The notes beneath the pieces were generated by a model. The model ran no database searches. It was not told the DNA's origin and was given only the letters and a program-made list of their open reading frames with translations. From Candidatus Latescibacterota bacterium (GTDB taxonomy: Bacteria > Latescibacterota > CBDEFO01), in assembly GCA_965248755.1 (NCBI GenBank), contig OZ252149.1, forward strand, positions 1,344,001-1,408,000: a DNA stretch of 64,000 nt, given 5' to 3'. Made by a program: the position numbers and the translations under genes. How positions within the stretch are numbered: the first letter of the stretch is position 1; each line of letters opens with the position of its first letter. Positions 30,340 through 39,831 of the stretch are shown in pieces.

Positions 30340-31116
30340 CTATTTGAGCAGAAACTTTAAAGTTATGATCGCTCTTTGATCTACCTGTTCTTGACCCCCT
30401 GCCAGGGGTTTGAAGCGCCATCTTCGAAGAGCAGTCATCGCGGCGTTTTCAAGTTGAATATTCAATTTGATCACAACGCTCATGCTCGGTTTAACGTTGC
30501 CCTTGGGATCGACCCAGAACTCTATCTTCACGTTGCCCTCTTCCTGAACGCCGGGTGGATATGTGGGGCGCACAGAGCTTATTATGTCTCTGATCTTGCC
30601 CTCCCATTCGATCTCGAAGCTGACGACATCTTTGCCCACATTCTCCGATTCTATTCCGGCCCCCGGCTCTGTTCCGACTCCGACCCTTTCGTTTATGAAC
30701 GTCTCTTTTTTCCTTGTCGTGCCTATACCGGTCTGGGACTGATCGTAAGACGTTTGGCTTTTGGGAACAAATATCTCTTTTTTCTGTTCCTCCGAAACGT
30801 CCTGTGTGGAGATTAACTTCTGCTCTTTGGGGACGTAGATAGTAGGCTCTTCGATCTCCAACATCTTGCGATCAGGAGCCTGCACCCTTTGAGTTGGATC
30901 CTTGTCCTCTTCCTGGTCACTTGAGAACTCCTCCATGGCGCGCTCGATGCTCGCCTTGGATATTTGTCCCAGGCTCATTTCTACAAAGACAGGGCGTTCT
31001 AATTCGACCCCTACCGTGATCTTGAATAGTATAAGGGCAAGCAGGACATGAAGGGCAACCGATATAAAAAAAGCTCCCAGCAGGTTTTCAGTGATTCTTC
31101 CCGGAATATCTTTCAG
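30340..31116 (-). CDS. tonB: TonB family energy transducer (probable CTG start)
   Basis: C-terminal YP...EG.V...F.V...G.V..A..ALRRWRFKP; in-frame upstream TM anchor AFFISVALHVLLAL. Confidence 0.8.
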   Translation of the reverse strand: MKDIPGRITENLLGAFFISVALHVLLALILFKITVGVELERPVFVEMSLGQISKASIERAMEEFSSDQEEDKDPTQRVQAPDRKMLEIEEPTIYVPKEQKLISTQDVSEEQKKEIFVPKSQTSYDQSQTGIGTTRKKETFINERVGVGTEPGAGIESENVGKDVVSFEIEWEGKIRDIISSVRPTYPPGVQEEGNVKIEFWVDPKGNVKPSMSVVIKLNIQLENAAMTALRRWRFKPLAGGQEQVDQRAIITLKFLLK

Positions 31117-31251
31117 TGGTACTCACCACCTTTAAATAGTGGACTGGGCAAAAGTTAAGGCTCTTCAACGGGCAGGGCATCCAGCCAGAAAGACATTACA
31201 CTTAGTGCCTTTGTGTCCTTGTGTCTCCCTTCAGGCTAGGCTTCGGCTTCT

Positions 31252-31659
31252 TCACTCTTGGATTACCTGTGTAGCGATCAGGAAGTCCTCAGCGCCTGCC
31301 CTTTTGGATACGTCGATGACGTCCACCAGCTTTTCCACCGACACCCGCTTATCCGGCCTGATAACCACAGCCGGATTGCCCAGAGAGCTTGTGATCATCT
31401 GCCTGATTTGAGACGGGAGCACAGACCTGGACACCCTCTTATCGTTTAAATAGAGCGTCCCGTCCTGTGCTATCGTTACTACAATAGCCTTTTCAGCGCT
31501 GACTTCGGTACTTGCGGTTCTCGGAAGCTCAACCTTGATCCCCGGCTGAAGTATGTACGTGGAGGACAAAAGGAAAAACACAAGAAGGAGAAAGACTATA
31601 TCTGTGAGGGATATAGTCGCAAAACTCGTGATCATACGACTTTTCGGCCTTATGTTCAT
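31252..31659 (-). CDS. exbD: Biopolymer transporter ExbD
   Basis: SLTDIVFLLLVFFLL, I.VELP, IRPDK. Confidence 0.9.
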   Translation of the reverse strand: MNIRPKSRMITSFATISLTDIVFLLLVFFLLSSTYILQPGIKVELPRTASTEVSAEKAIVVTIAQDGTLYLNDKRVSRSVLPSQIRQMITSSLGNPAVVIRPDKRVSVEKLVDVIDVSKRAGAEDFLIATQVIQE

Positions 31660-32285
31660 TTTTCATCCTCTCTAAAAAGCAGGTTCAGAAGTTCCGCAGA
31701 ACTCGTCTCTATCTCGAATGCGTGCCTTTGTATTCTGCTTATAAAGTAGTTGTAAAAGATTAAGGCCGGAATTCCCACAGTCAATCCCTCAGCTGTCGTG
31801 ACCATAGCCTCCCAGATGCCTCCCGCCAGAACTTGAGTGTTCACGTTCCCGCCCAGGTCCTCAATTTTCATGAATGCCTTTATCATCCCCGTTACCGTTC
31901 CCAAGAAGCCTATCAGCGGAGCCACTCCTGCTACAGTTCCCAGGATGCCAACGCGTCTTTCAAGCTGAAACACCTCGGCGTTTCCGGCGTTTTCTATAGC
32001 TTCCTTCACCTCCTCTTTTGTCTGGTCGTGTATCCCAAGCGCAGATTCGAACACCGATCCCACAGGCCCGCCGACCTCCCTGCACGACATAATAGCTCCG
32101 TCTATATCGCTTCGGGACAGAGCTGCTCTTATCTTGAGCATCAAGCTCCCTGTATTGGTGCTCGCCTTTCTCAGAGCCAAGAAACGTTCGACCACCACAG
32201 CGATCATAATCATCGAGCATAAGACCAGTGGAATCGTGAGCCATCCGCCTTTGGCGGCAATCGCCAATAAGTTCAGTTCCTCCAT
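31656..32285 (-). CDS. exbB: MotA/TolQ/ExbB proton channel protein
   Basis: APLIGFLGTVTGMI.AF, GGIWEAMVTTA.GL.VGIPA. Confidence 0.92.
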   Translation of the reverse strand: MEELNLLAIAAKGGWLTIPLVLCSMIMIAVVVERFLALRKASTNTGSLMLKIRAALSRSDIDGAIMSCREVGGPVGSVFESALGIHDQTKEEVKEAIENAGNAEVFQLERRVGILGTVAGVAPLIGFLGTVTGMIKAFMKIEDLGGNVNTQVLAGGIWEAMVTTAEGLTVGIPALIFYNYFISRIQRHAFEIETSSAELLNLLFREDEK

Positions 32286-32313
32286 TTATTTCCTCCAGGT
32301 TTTTTTCACTTAG

Positions 32314-32542
32314 CCCGAATAATTCACAAGAAAAGGCCGTGTATTAATTAAGCGATTGTATTATATTATAGTTATACCGTTTAACGACCTTCGATGTCAT
32401 TGCGAGCCGAAGGCGAAGCAATCTCGATTCTGTGGTAGATGTAATACTCTCCGGCTCTCATAGGAGATCACTATAAAACCTTAAGATTGCTTCGTCGCTT
32501 TGCTCCTCGCAATGACTCCACCAAGTTTATGAATTAATCGGG
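32314..32542 (-). mobile_element. MITE copy 4
   Basis: Reverse-complement copy with TTAG direct repeats, between the barrel gene and exbB. Confidence 0.9.
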
Positions 32543-32630
32543 TTAGAAGGCTAATACGCTAATAATGAATGGTGAGGGTTAGGAAGTACGTAGGGATATG
32601 GGGATGCCCTGTTTACTGTCTACTAGTTTA

Positions 32631-34274
32631 CTACCAATTCCCCCTTACTCCTCCGTAGATCGCCAAGTCAGGCATATCATATCCTTCCCATACTTGATAT
32701 TCCTCATCTAAAAGATTTTCGCCCCTTACAAAGACGGCAATATAAGAGCCGATGGTCTTGGAGGCCTCAATGCCGAGCAAAAAGTAAGAGCCCAGGGCTT
32801 TCTCCGGCGAGATCGATGTGAACCTCTCATCTATCCACCGCGCGCTGACAGTGCCGTTGAAGCCCGAATAAGGACCGACGCTTAAGGAGCCTCCGAGCTC
32901 CAAATCGGGAACATAAGGAACATCTCCAACGAGACCAGATGTGAACTCGGTGTCTCTAAAGAGTAGATCAGAAGAGAGCCTAAAACGCTCTGTCACATCT
33001 AGATCGAGCCGAGCCGAGGCCCATTTAGTCTCGATTGTACCGTCCTGACTCGTCGTCCAAAGCCTGACCTTGACCTTACTCGTATCCTCCCAGACTATAA
33101 AACGTTCTTCCTCCTGAAATCCCAAAGAGGCGTTGAAGTTCAGCTTATCCCCAATTGTCACCTCCAATCCCACCTCGCCGTTTGTCTTTATATCCGAAGA
33201 GATAGGAGCAGCCAAAGGATCTATAAACTGATTGAGCGAATATGCCCCGAAGAAATGCCCCCGTTTAACTTCAGGAGCGTAGCGGCCATAGACTCTGAAC
33301 TCCTTTGTGGGTTCGTAGTCGAACTGTGCGAACGGATATACCTTATTTTCTGACTCTCCTAGATCGGCATCGGACACAAAGAGAGCAGCTCCTCCTTTTA
33401 CACCCACTCCTACCTTCGAACTGTAACCTGCTGTGGCCTGAAACCTGAAAAACTGATTATCCCCATCTTTCGCATCCAGAACTCCTGTCCTGTCCAGAAA
33501 ATCTCCGGCGTATTCTAAATCCACATCGAATCTTAATCTGTCGATAAATTTATCAAAGCTCAAAGACGCTTCGAGCGTATTTTCACCTATGTCAATATCG
33601 CCTACGTCATCGGACAGACGATTCAGCGTCAGAAAAACCTCTGCCTCCAGATCTGCCGCTTTGTGAAGCTTCGGCTCTATCCCTATTTTGAATCTCCTTA
33701 CGTCCCTTTCTATGACTGGCGACGTCTTCCAAAGTTCGCTTGAGCCATCGTAGAAATCGACTTTAATCAAAACATCAGAAAGCCGAGATGGAGAGATCAG
33801 AACTTCCAAGGAAGCATCGTCTCTCCTGTAAGATGAATTGTCGACGTGCCCCCCGCTCAACACATTGTCAAAGTTGAAAAGGAGTGCCGCTTTCTCGAAG
33901 GTGTTTGCGTAAGCCAGTCCCGCCGCAAACGATGAAAAGTACCCTCCCTCGCTGTAGCCCCGGCCCGTTTTATTCCTTCTAGTCGGGAGTTCCTGTGTCA
34001 CGGACATTTTGGGCAAAAACTCCCTGCTTTTGATTGCGCCTTTTCCCCTGAACCTGTCTTCGAGACGACTGGGGAAACTGAACCCGACCGACAGCTCTCT
34101 CTTATCACCCGTTATTACGAAATCTATGCGCTCCACTCCATAGACCTCCATGCTCGGGAGTTCCAAGGACGGCAGGTCTTCTTTCTGCTCTGCCGCTCTG
34201 GATAGGGGGACCATAATTGTCAAGATCAACGCCGCAACGAAAATAACCCCCGTGAACCTGCAGTATCCTATCAC
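32631..34274 (-). CDS. TonB-dependent-receptor-like outer membrane beta-barrel
   Basis: Signal peptide, amphipathic strands, ENLLDEEY motif, C-terminal aromatic W. Confidence 0.75.
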   Translation of the reverse strand: MIGYCRFTGVIFVAALILTIMVPLSRAAEQKEDLPSLELPSMEVYGVERIDFVITGDKRELSVGFSFPSRLEDRFRGKGAIKSREFLPKMSVTQELPTRRNKTGRGYSEGGYFSSFAAGLAYANTFEKAALLFNFDNVLSGGHVDNSSYRRDDASLEVLISPSRLSDVLIKVDFYDGSSELWKTSPVIERDVRRFKIGIEPKLHKAADLEAEVFLTLNRLSDDVGDIDIGENTLEASLSFDKFIDRLRFDVDLEYAGDFLDRTGVLDAKDGDNQFFRFQATAGYSSKVGVGVKGGAALFVSDADLGESENKVYPFAQFDYEPTKEFRVYGRYAPEVKRGHFFGAYSLNQFIDPLAAPISSDIKTNGEVGLEVTIGDKLNFNASLGFQEEERFIVWEDTSKVKVRLWTTSQDGTIETKWASARLDLDVTERFRLSSDLLFRDTEFTSGLVGDVPYVPDLELGGSLSVGPYSGFNGTVSARWIDERFTSISPEKALGSYFLLGIEASKTIGSYIAVFVRGENLLDEEYQVWEGYDMPDLAIYGGVRGNW

Positions 34275-37200
34275 TGTCCCTTTTCCAAGCTTTTCAGTTT
34301 AGTTTCCGCTTCCTTGCCGAATTTATCTCCCTCATGTCTTTTGAGAACATCCTTATATTGCTTCTTTGCGTCCTGGGGTCTGTTCAGATTTTCGTAACAT
34401 TGGCCTGTTTTAAGCTGTCCCTTTACGACCCATTCCTCATACGCAGGATATACATATTTTACCCTAAGGTAGTTCTCCAATGCCATTTTATATTTCCCCT
34501 TCATAAACTCAATGTCTCCAAGGAGATACTGGGCCTGGGACGCCAAATCGTCCGATCTTCTCTTTATCACCTGTGCTGCAGAGTCGGCAGCCTTATCGAA
34601 TTCTCTTTTGTCAATATAAAGCCTTGCAAGCTCCAATCTGGACCTATCGGCTGTTATGTGATTCGCGTTTCTGTCTATAGCCTCTAAAAACGCTGTCGCA
34701 GCCTCTAAAGGTCTGTTCATACGGGTGTACGCAAGCCCCAGACTGTAGCCAGCATCAAATGCGGACTCACTTTTCGAATATCTCCTGACTGTAAGCTTGA
34801 AGATCCTTATCGCACGGCTGTAATTTCCTTTGTTAAAGTATATCTCCCCCATTTCGTAGAGGGATCGCGGGGCAAGATCGTGATCGCGATGTTCATCTGT
34901 TATCACATCGAGCGAACCGATCGCCTTATTAGGTTGATCCAACTGAACGTAAGACCTCGCTATCCAGTATAAAGCATCCGGCACAAGTTCGCTTTCGGGA
35001 TATTTGGATACGATTGCTTGATATTGATCTATCGCCTCCCCAAATTTATTTACGCTGTAGTAGTAATCTGCCTTTGTCAGGTACAGATTCTCTGCGATCT
35101 TTTCCTCGGGATGCTCCAGGACAAACTTGTCCACAAAGTTCAGGGCGTCGCCCACTTCTCCCCCGCTGAAGTAGCTGTGCCATATTCCCATCACAGCGTC
35201 CCCGAGGTGATCGCTCTGGGGATAGTCCGAGGCGAGCCTCTTATATGCCGCGATCGCCTCATCTAACTTTCCCTGGTTGTAAAGCGAATTTCCTATTTCG
35301 TACTGCGCCCTGTGGGCTAGTTCGCTGGGAGGAGAAAACTGGATGACCTTTTCAAACTCTAATATAGCCCCGTCGAAGTCCTCTTGTCTGAAGTATGCCC
35401 GACCTATCATATACTGCGCGTCGTCTATTAACTTCGACTTGGGAAACTGAGTTATGAGCCTCCTGTACACCGATATGCTCTCTTTTAGCCTATCCAGACG
35501 AAAATTGCACTGACCTATTTGAAACACAGCCTGCTGGATGAAATCCTTGTCTCCTGACACCACTACTTTCCTGTACGCCTCTAATGCGGTCTCAAATTCC
35601 CCGGTGCTGAAATATGAATCGCCAATGCGGAACAAGGCGTCTTCAGATAGTTCCCCCTTGGGTGACATTTGGACCACCTTCTTGAAGCTATCTATGGCAT
35701 CTCTGGGCTTCCCTGCCTTGAAATGAGACCAGGCAAGACCATACAGCGCCTCAATCGCCTTAGGGCTTTCGGGATGTTTCTGCAAGAGCGCGCTGTAACC
35801 CTGGGCAGATCCCTCAAAGTCTTCCAGGTAATACATAGATTCCCCGATTAAGAATTGAGCATTCTGTGCCAGCTTATGATCGGGATACTCAGAAAGCAAC
35901 ATTCTGTGCAGGGTTACGTTGTCCCTGTACCTCTTCAACTTATAAAGGCACCATCCCGCTTGAAAGAGGGCAACAGGATGTCTGTCCGACTCAGGAAACT
36001 TATCTATAACCGTTCTGTACGGCCCCAGAGCTTTCTCAAATTCTCCCGCGGCTACGTAGCTTTCACCGATCATCGAATATGCCTGTGGGAGGAGTTCGCT
36101 CTGGGGGAATTGGTGGATAATCTTTGAAAAGCGCGCTATAGATCGCACATACTGCTTTGCATCGAATTCCATTAAGCCCATCTCATAGATCGCATCGTCA
36201 GCCAAATCGCTTTGAGGATAGTCCACTACCACCTTTTTCAGGGCCGTGAAAGCCGCCTTTATGTCCCCGTCCAGTATGAAGACTGTCCCCATGTGGAAAT
36301 ACGCCTTGTCCAGAAGATCGGAGCTTGAGAACCTTGAGACCAGTCTTCCGAAGGATTCTGCCGCCATCCGGTAGTTTTTCTCCTCAAAGTAGGACCAGCC
36401 AGTAGCATACAGGGAGCGAGGAGCGGGCAGAGAATCAGGAAACTCGTCATAGAGGACTTTGTAGTAGTTCCTTGCACGGGGGTATTCCCCAAGCTGATAG
36501 GAGGATTCTCCCATTACATAGTATCCCTCTGCGACTATATTCTCCTCAGATATGATATTTATTACCCCTTCAATAGCCTCGATCGAACCTTCGTAATCCC
36601 CCATTTCAAAGAGGGATTCTCCCATTTTGAATCTACACATGGATACCGGTTCGCTGGTGGGTAACTTTTCCACAACTTCTAAATAAGCTCTCACAGCCTT
36701 TTCGTACTGTCCCAATTCCTGATAGGTCCATCCCAGCGAATAGAGGGCGTAAGGAGCGACAGCGCTGTCCAGATAGCTATCCGCTACAATCTTATAGTAT
36801 TGAGCAGCCGATTCCAAGTCGTTCAGATTATAGGAAGACTCGCCGATCCAGTAGTTGGCATCTGCCGTAAATTCACTTTGAGGGAATTGAGCGATTAAAT
36901 TTCTGAAGGTCTTTATAGAGTTGTCATAATCGCTCGTCCTGAAAAAGCACTGTCCTCTCCTGTAGAAGGTGTCGTCCGAGAGCTTGTCCTTTTTGAAATC
37001 TAAATTGAACTTTTGATATACATGCAGCGCTCGTTTGTAATTTCCCAAGTTGAAATAGCATTCTCCTATCAAGAACCTGGCACTGGCAAGCTTATCGCTT
37101 TTGGAATAGTTTCGGACAAACTCCCTGAGCTTTTCGATAGATAACTTATAGTTCCTGTCCTTATAGAGACCGTAAGCAAACTTGTAGTCGTTGTCTTCTC

Positions 37201-37282
37201 CAGCGCTGAATTGAGGTGCAGCCTCTGAAGAGGTGAACAATAGAGTCAAAACTGTAAATATGAGTACCATACAATCTTTCAT
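34271..37282 (-). CDS. Large exported tetratricopeptide repeat protein (~1000 aa)
   Basis: Many TPRs ending FP.S; signal peptide from MKDCMV. Confidence 0.9.
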   Translation of the reverse strand: MKDCMVLIFTVLTLLFTSSEAAPQFSAGEDNDYKFAYGLYKDRNYKLSIEKLREFVRNYSKSDKLASARFLIGECYFNLGNYKRALHVYQKFNLDFKKDKLSDDTFYRRGQCFFRTSDYDNSIKTFRNLIAQFPQSEFTADANYWIGESSYNLNDLESAAQYYKIVADSYLDSAVAPYALYSLGWTYQELGQYEKAVRAYLEVVEKLPTSEPVSMCRFKMGESLFEMGDYEGSIEAIEGVINIISEENIVAEGYYVMGESSYQLGEYPRARNYYKVLYDEFPDSLPAPRSLYATGWSYFEEKNYRMAAESFGRLVSRFSSSDLLDKAYFHMGTVFILDGDIKAAFTALKKVVVDYPQSDLADDAIYEMGLMEFDAKQYVRSIARFSKIIHQFPQSELLPQAYSMIGESYVAAGEFEKALGPYRTVIDKFPESDRHPVALFQAGWCLYKLKRYRDNVTLHRMLLSEYPDHKLAQNAQFLIGESMYYLEDFEGSAQGYSALLQKHPESPKAIEALYGLAWSHFKAGKPRDAIDSFKKVVQMSPKGELSEDALFRIGDSYFSTGEFETALEAYRKVVVSGDKDFIQQAVFQIGQCNFRLDRLKESISVYRRLITQFPKSKLIDDAQYMIGRAYFRQEDFDGAILEFEKVIQFSPPSELAHRAQYEIGNSLYNQGKLDEAIAAYKRLASDYPQSDHLGDAVMGIWHSYFSGGEVGDALNFVDKFVLEHPEEKIAENLYLTKADYYYSVNKFGEAIDQYQAIVSKYPESELVPDALYWIARSYVQLDQPNKAIGSLDVITDEHRDHDLAPRSLYEMGEIYFNKGNYSRAIRIFKLTVRRYSKSESAFDAGYSLGLAYTRMNRPLEAATAFLEAIDRNANHITADRSRLELARLYIDKREFDKAADSAAQVIKRRSDDLASQAQYLLGDIEFMKGKYKMALENYLRVKYVYPAYEEWVVKGQLKTGQCYENLNRPQDAKKQYKDVLKRHEGDKFGKEAETKLKSLEKGQ

Positions 37283-37637
37283 AGAGACCTTGCGGACATT
37301 CAGGGGCACACTAATGTATCTGCCTTCTCAATACGGACAACTCAGAGGCGAACCGCTTCGTGGGTTGTTGCCGGCTCCTCGTCTGCCCTGCCCGCATTGT
37401 GGGTTGCTGCCACATCTCCTGCCCACTGCCACAGGCGTTCACCCCCACACAGAAATGAAAAAAAGCAAGGAAAAAACTCTTGCCGCTTGATCCTGAAGAT
37501 AACGGCTTTGGCATCTCCCTGCTTATTCTGTTATCAGTTTAAGGACAACCGCTTTGTCCTTATGAGGATAAAGGGCAATCGAAGTCAACTCCCCTCGGAA
37601 TAGATAGCAGCCCTATGCCTATCCTGCGGTGAACACT

Positions 37638-37982
37638 TTAAGAATCTGAACCCAACACAGATTCAACTTTATCCACCAACTGCTTCTTCGGAACAGCGCC
37701 TATTATCTGATCTGCTACTTTGCCGTCTTTGAAAAAGAGCAGTGTAGGTATGCTTCGAATATTGTACTTCATCGCTGTGCTCTGCTCCGAGTCCACATCT
37801 ATCTTACCGACTTTCAGCCTTCCACTGTACTCTTGGGCTAATTCTCCAACAATAGGAGACACCATGCGGCAGGGACCGCACCACTCAGCCCAGAAGTCTA
37901 TCAACACCGGATGTGAGGATTTCAAAACTTCCTCCTCGAAATTGTCATCGGTCAAGACTATCGGTTCTCCCAACTTTTTCAC
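37638..37982 (-). CDS. trxA: Thioredoxin
   Basis: DFWAEWCGPC, IRSIPTL; start uncertain. Confidence 0.93.
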   Translation of the reverse strand: MKKLGEPIVLTDDNFEEEVLKSSHPVLIDFWAEWCGPCRMVSPIVGELAQEYSGRLKVGKIDVDSEQSTAMKYNIRSIPTLLFFKDGKVADQIIGAVPKKQLVDKVESVLGSDS

Positions 37983-38190
37983 CGCCTTTCCATAAACTTT
38001 GTCTGTCTGAACAAGCTCGATATACACTCATATTTAGTATACAAGGTTTTCATCCTGATGTCAAGATCAAAACCTCTGTACTCATAGAATCTACTCTATA
38101 ATACAAAAATGGTTTGCTTTAGTCAAAGCGGTTTTATATATTACAGTTGCGAAAGCGGAACAATTTGGATAATACAGCACGGAGGGATCA

Positions 38191-38652
38191 ATGACAGAAA
38201 CTGAAACGATGGTAGGTGTTCATCACGTGAGCTTCACTGTGAGCAAACTGGAGCGAGCAGTTGCCTTTTATCGGGACATCCTGGGGATGGAAATGATACT
38301 CCAGCAGGACGCAAGCAGTGAATATGTTAAGAAGATTGTCGCTTTTCCCAACGCCTATTTGAGGCAGGCTTTTCTAAAATTGCCCGGCCAGTCCCATATA
38401 TGTTTAGAGTTGATAGAATACGAAGAACCGAAGGGAACTCCCGTAGACATGAAAACATGCAATCCCGGAAGCGCTCACCTGTGCTTTATTGTTGACGATC
38501 TGTTAAAGGTTTACGACGATCTGAAGAGCAAAAACGTTCGTTTTAAGTCGGAGCCTGTCACTATCGATGCGGGCACAAATAGGGGAGCACATGCTGTCTA
38601 TTTCCTAGATCCTGACGACATTACCCTGGAGTTACTTCAGCCTCCAAAATAA
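38191..38652 (+). CDS. VOC/glyoxalase family protein
   Basis: HHVSFTV..LE....FY, LELIEY, HLCF.V, YFLDPD...LEL. Confidence 0.88.
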   Translation: MTETETMVGVHHVSFTVSKLERAVAFYRDILGMEMILQQDASSEYVKKIVAFPNAYLRQAFLKLPGQSHICLELIEYEEPKGTPVDMKTCNPGSAHLCFIVDDLLKVYDDLKSKNVRFKSEPVTIDAGTNRGAHAVYFLDPDDITLELLQPPK

Positions 38653-38669
38653 GTGGACAGTAGTGGTTA

Positions 38670-39032
38670 TTAGTCATATGAAATCGGAACGCTTCCCTTG
38701 GGTATTTGATTGATCTTGCATGATAGCTCTTTGATGATCTCAGGCTCTTGGTCCTTTTCAAAATGGATGTATAACTCTTGTTCTTTTGGATTCCGTTCAT
38801 CCACGAAAAAGCATTTGATGTAAGAGGAGTGAGGAAACACTTTCTCATCTAAGACCTCCTCGATAGAATCAATCGGGGATAAATGCTTTGTCTGTCTGTA
38901 CCGTGTCCTGTTGAACCTATCTTTCAACATAGACTTGAAAAAAAATCTTGCTTCGTTTGGATCCTTCTGTTTGGGGAGTGTAACCGTTGTATCGTTGGGA
39001 TGCAGTTTAGACCATTGAAATCTCTGATACAC
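38670..39032 (-). CDS. Hypothetical protein, probably 5'-truncated
   Basis: ORF next to an IS remnant; no recognised family. Confidence 0.35.
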   Translation of the reverse strand: MYQRFQWSKLHPNDTTVTLPKQKDPNEARFFFKSMLKDRFNRTRYRQTKHLSPIDSIEEVLDEKVFPHSSYIKCFFVDERNPKEQELYIHFEKDQEPEIIKELSCKINQIPKGSVPISYD

Positions 39033-39214
39033 TTCTTGTAGGCTTTCAAACCCGGTTCTGTTCCAGAACCTTCCGGCAAACTAAGAACTGCCGCCTTTAT
39101 TACATGAGCACATGTCCAGCGTTCTGATTTCATCTGATATTTAACCGTTACGCAGCGGTATTCAGTGGAAGGAACTTTCCCGATGTTGAAGCAGGTTCGT
39201 ATTCCCGCATGATT

Positions 39215-39401
39215 GCCCCCGAGGATTGTTCGTGGAACACACGCATAATTGGATCAATCGCTTCCGACGTGTGCTAATTCGATGGGAAAAGAAGGTGGCG
39301 AACTACTCAGCTTTCCTCCATCTGGCGTTTGCCTACGTCTCGATGCGTGCTGCACAAGCTCCGGAGGAAGGCCAATCCTTACTATGGTTTTCGGATAGGC
39401 T
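39215..39401 (+). mobile_element. IS5-family transposase C-terminal remnant with probable terminal repeat
   Basis: VEHTHNWINRFRRVLIRWEKK..NY.AFLHLA; ends TTTTCGGATAGGCTC. Confidence 0.75.
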
Positions 39402-39831
39402 CATGGACGGTTTGGGCAAGAATTGAATCTATCACAATCCAGGTTGTCGTTTTCGGATTAGTAAGCTCTACCTTTAACACATTCTCTCCTTCAGGTCAAC
39501 AGAAATTCTGACTTTTCTTTGATTTTTCTGGCCTTTTGGCAAATTTCTCCCTTTACCCCTGCCTCGGCGGCACAAGCGGCAGGCGCAACTATAGCCAGAA
39601 GCCACGTGAGAGGAACAGCACCACTGATTTACTCCTGAACACGAGGCGGATGACATGCACCGCCACCAACCCTCCGAGAGCGTCCTGCTATCAGTCAGGG
39701 TTCTTGGCCTTGGACCTATGCACAGAGGAGGGTCATGAGCGGAATATTAGAGATCACAACTGCGCCGAGACCATCCGATACGCGGAGAAGACCCCGGGCT
39801 AGAACCATAAGCGTCCTTAGTGTTATTCTCT

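Noticed and set aside
37311..37630. Small ORFs or a structured RNA between trxA and the TPR gene
   Set aside because: Only short GTGGGTTG repeats; no convincing RBS, ORF or RNA-family signature.
38924..39133. TCAHVI motif suggesting a trypsin-like protease or tRNA-editing domain
   Set aside because: Short ORF with no other catalytic motifs, overlapping another decayed frame; likely coincidence.
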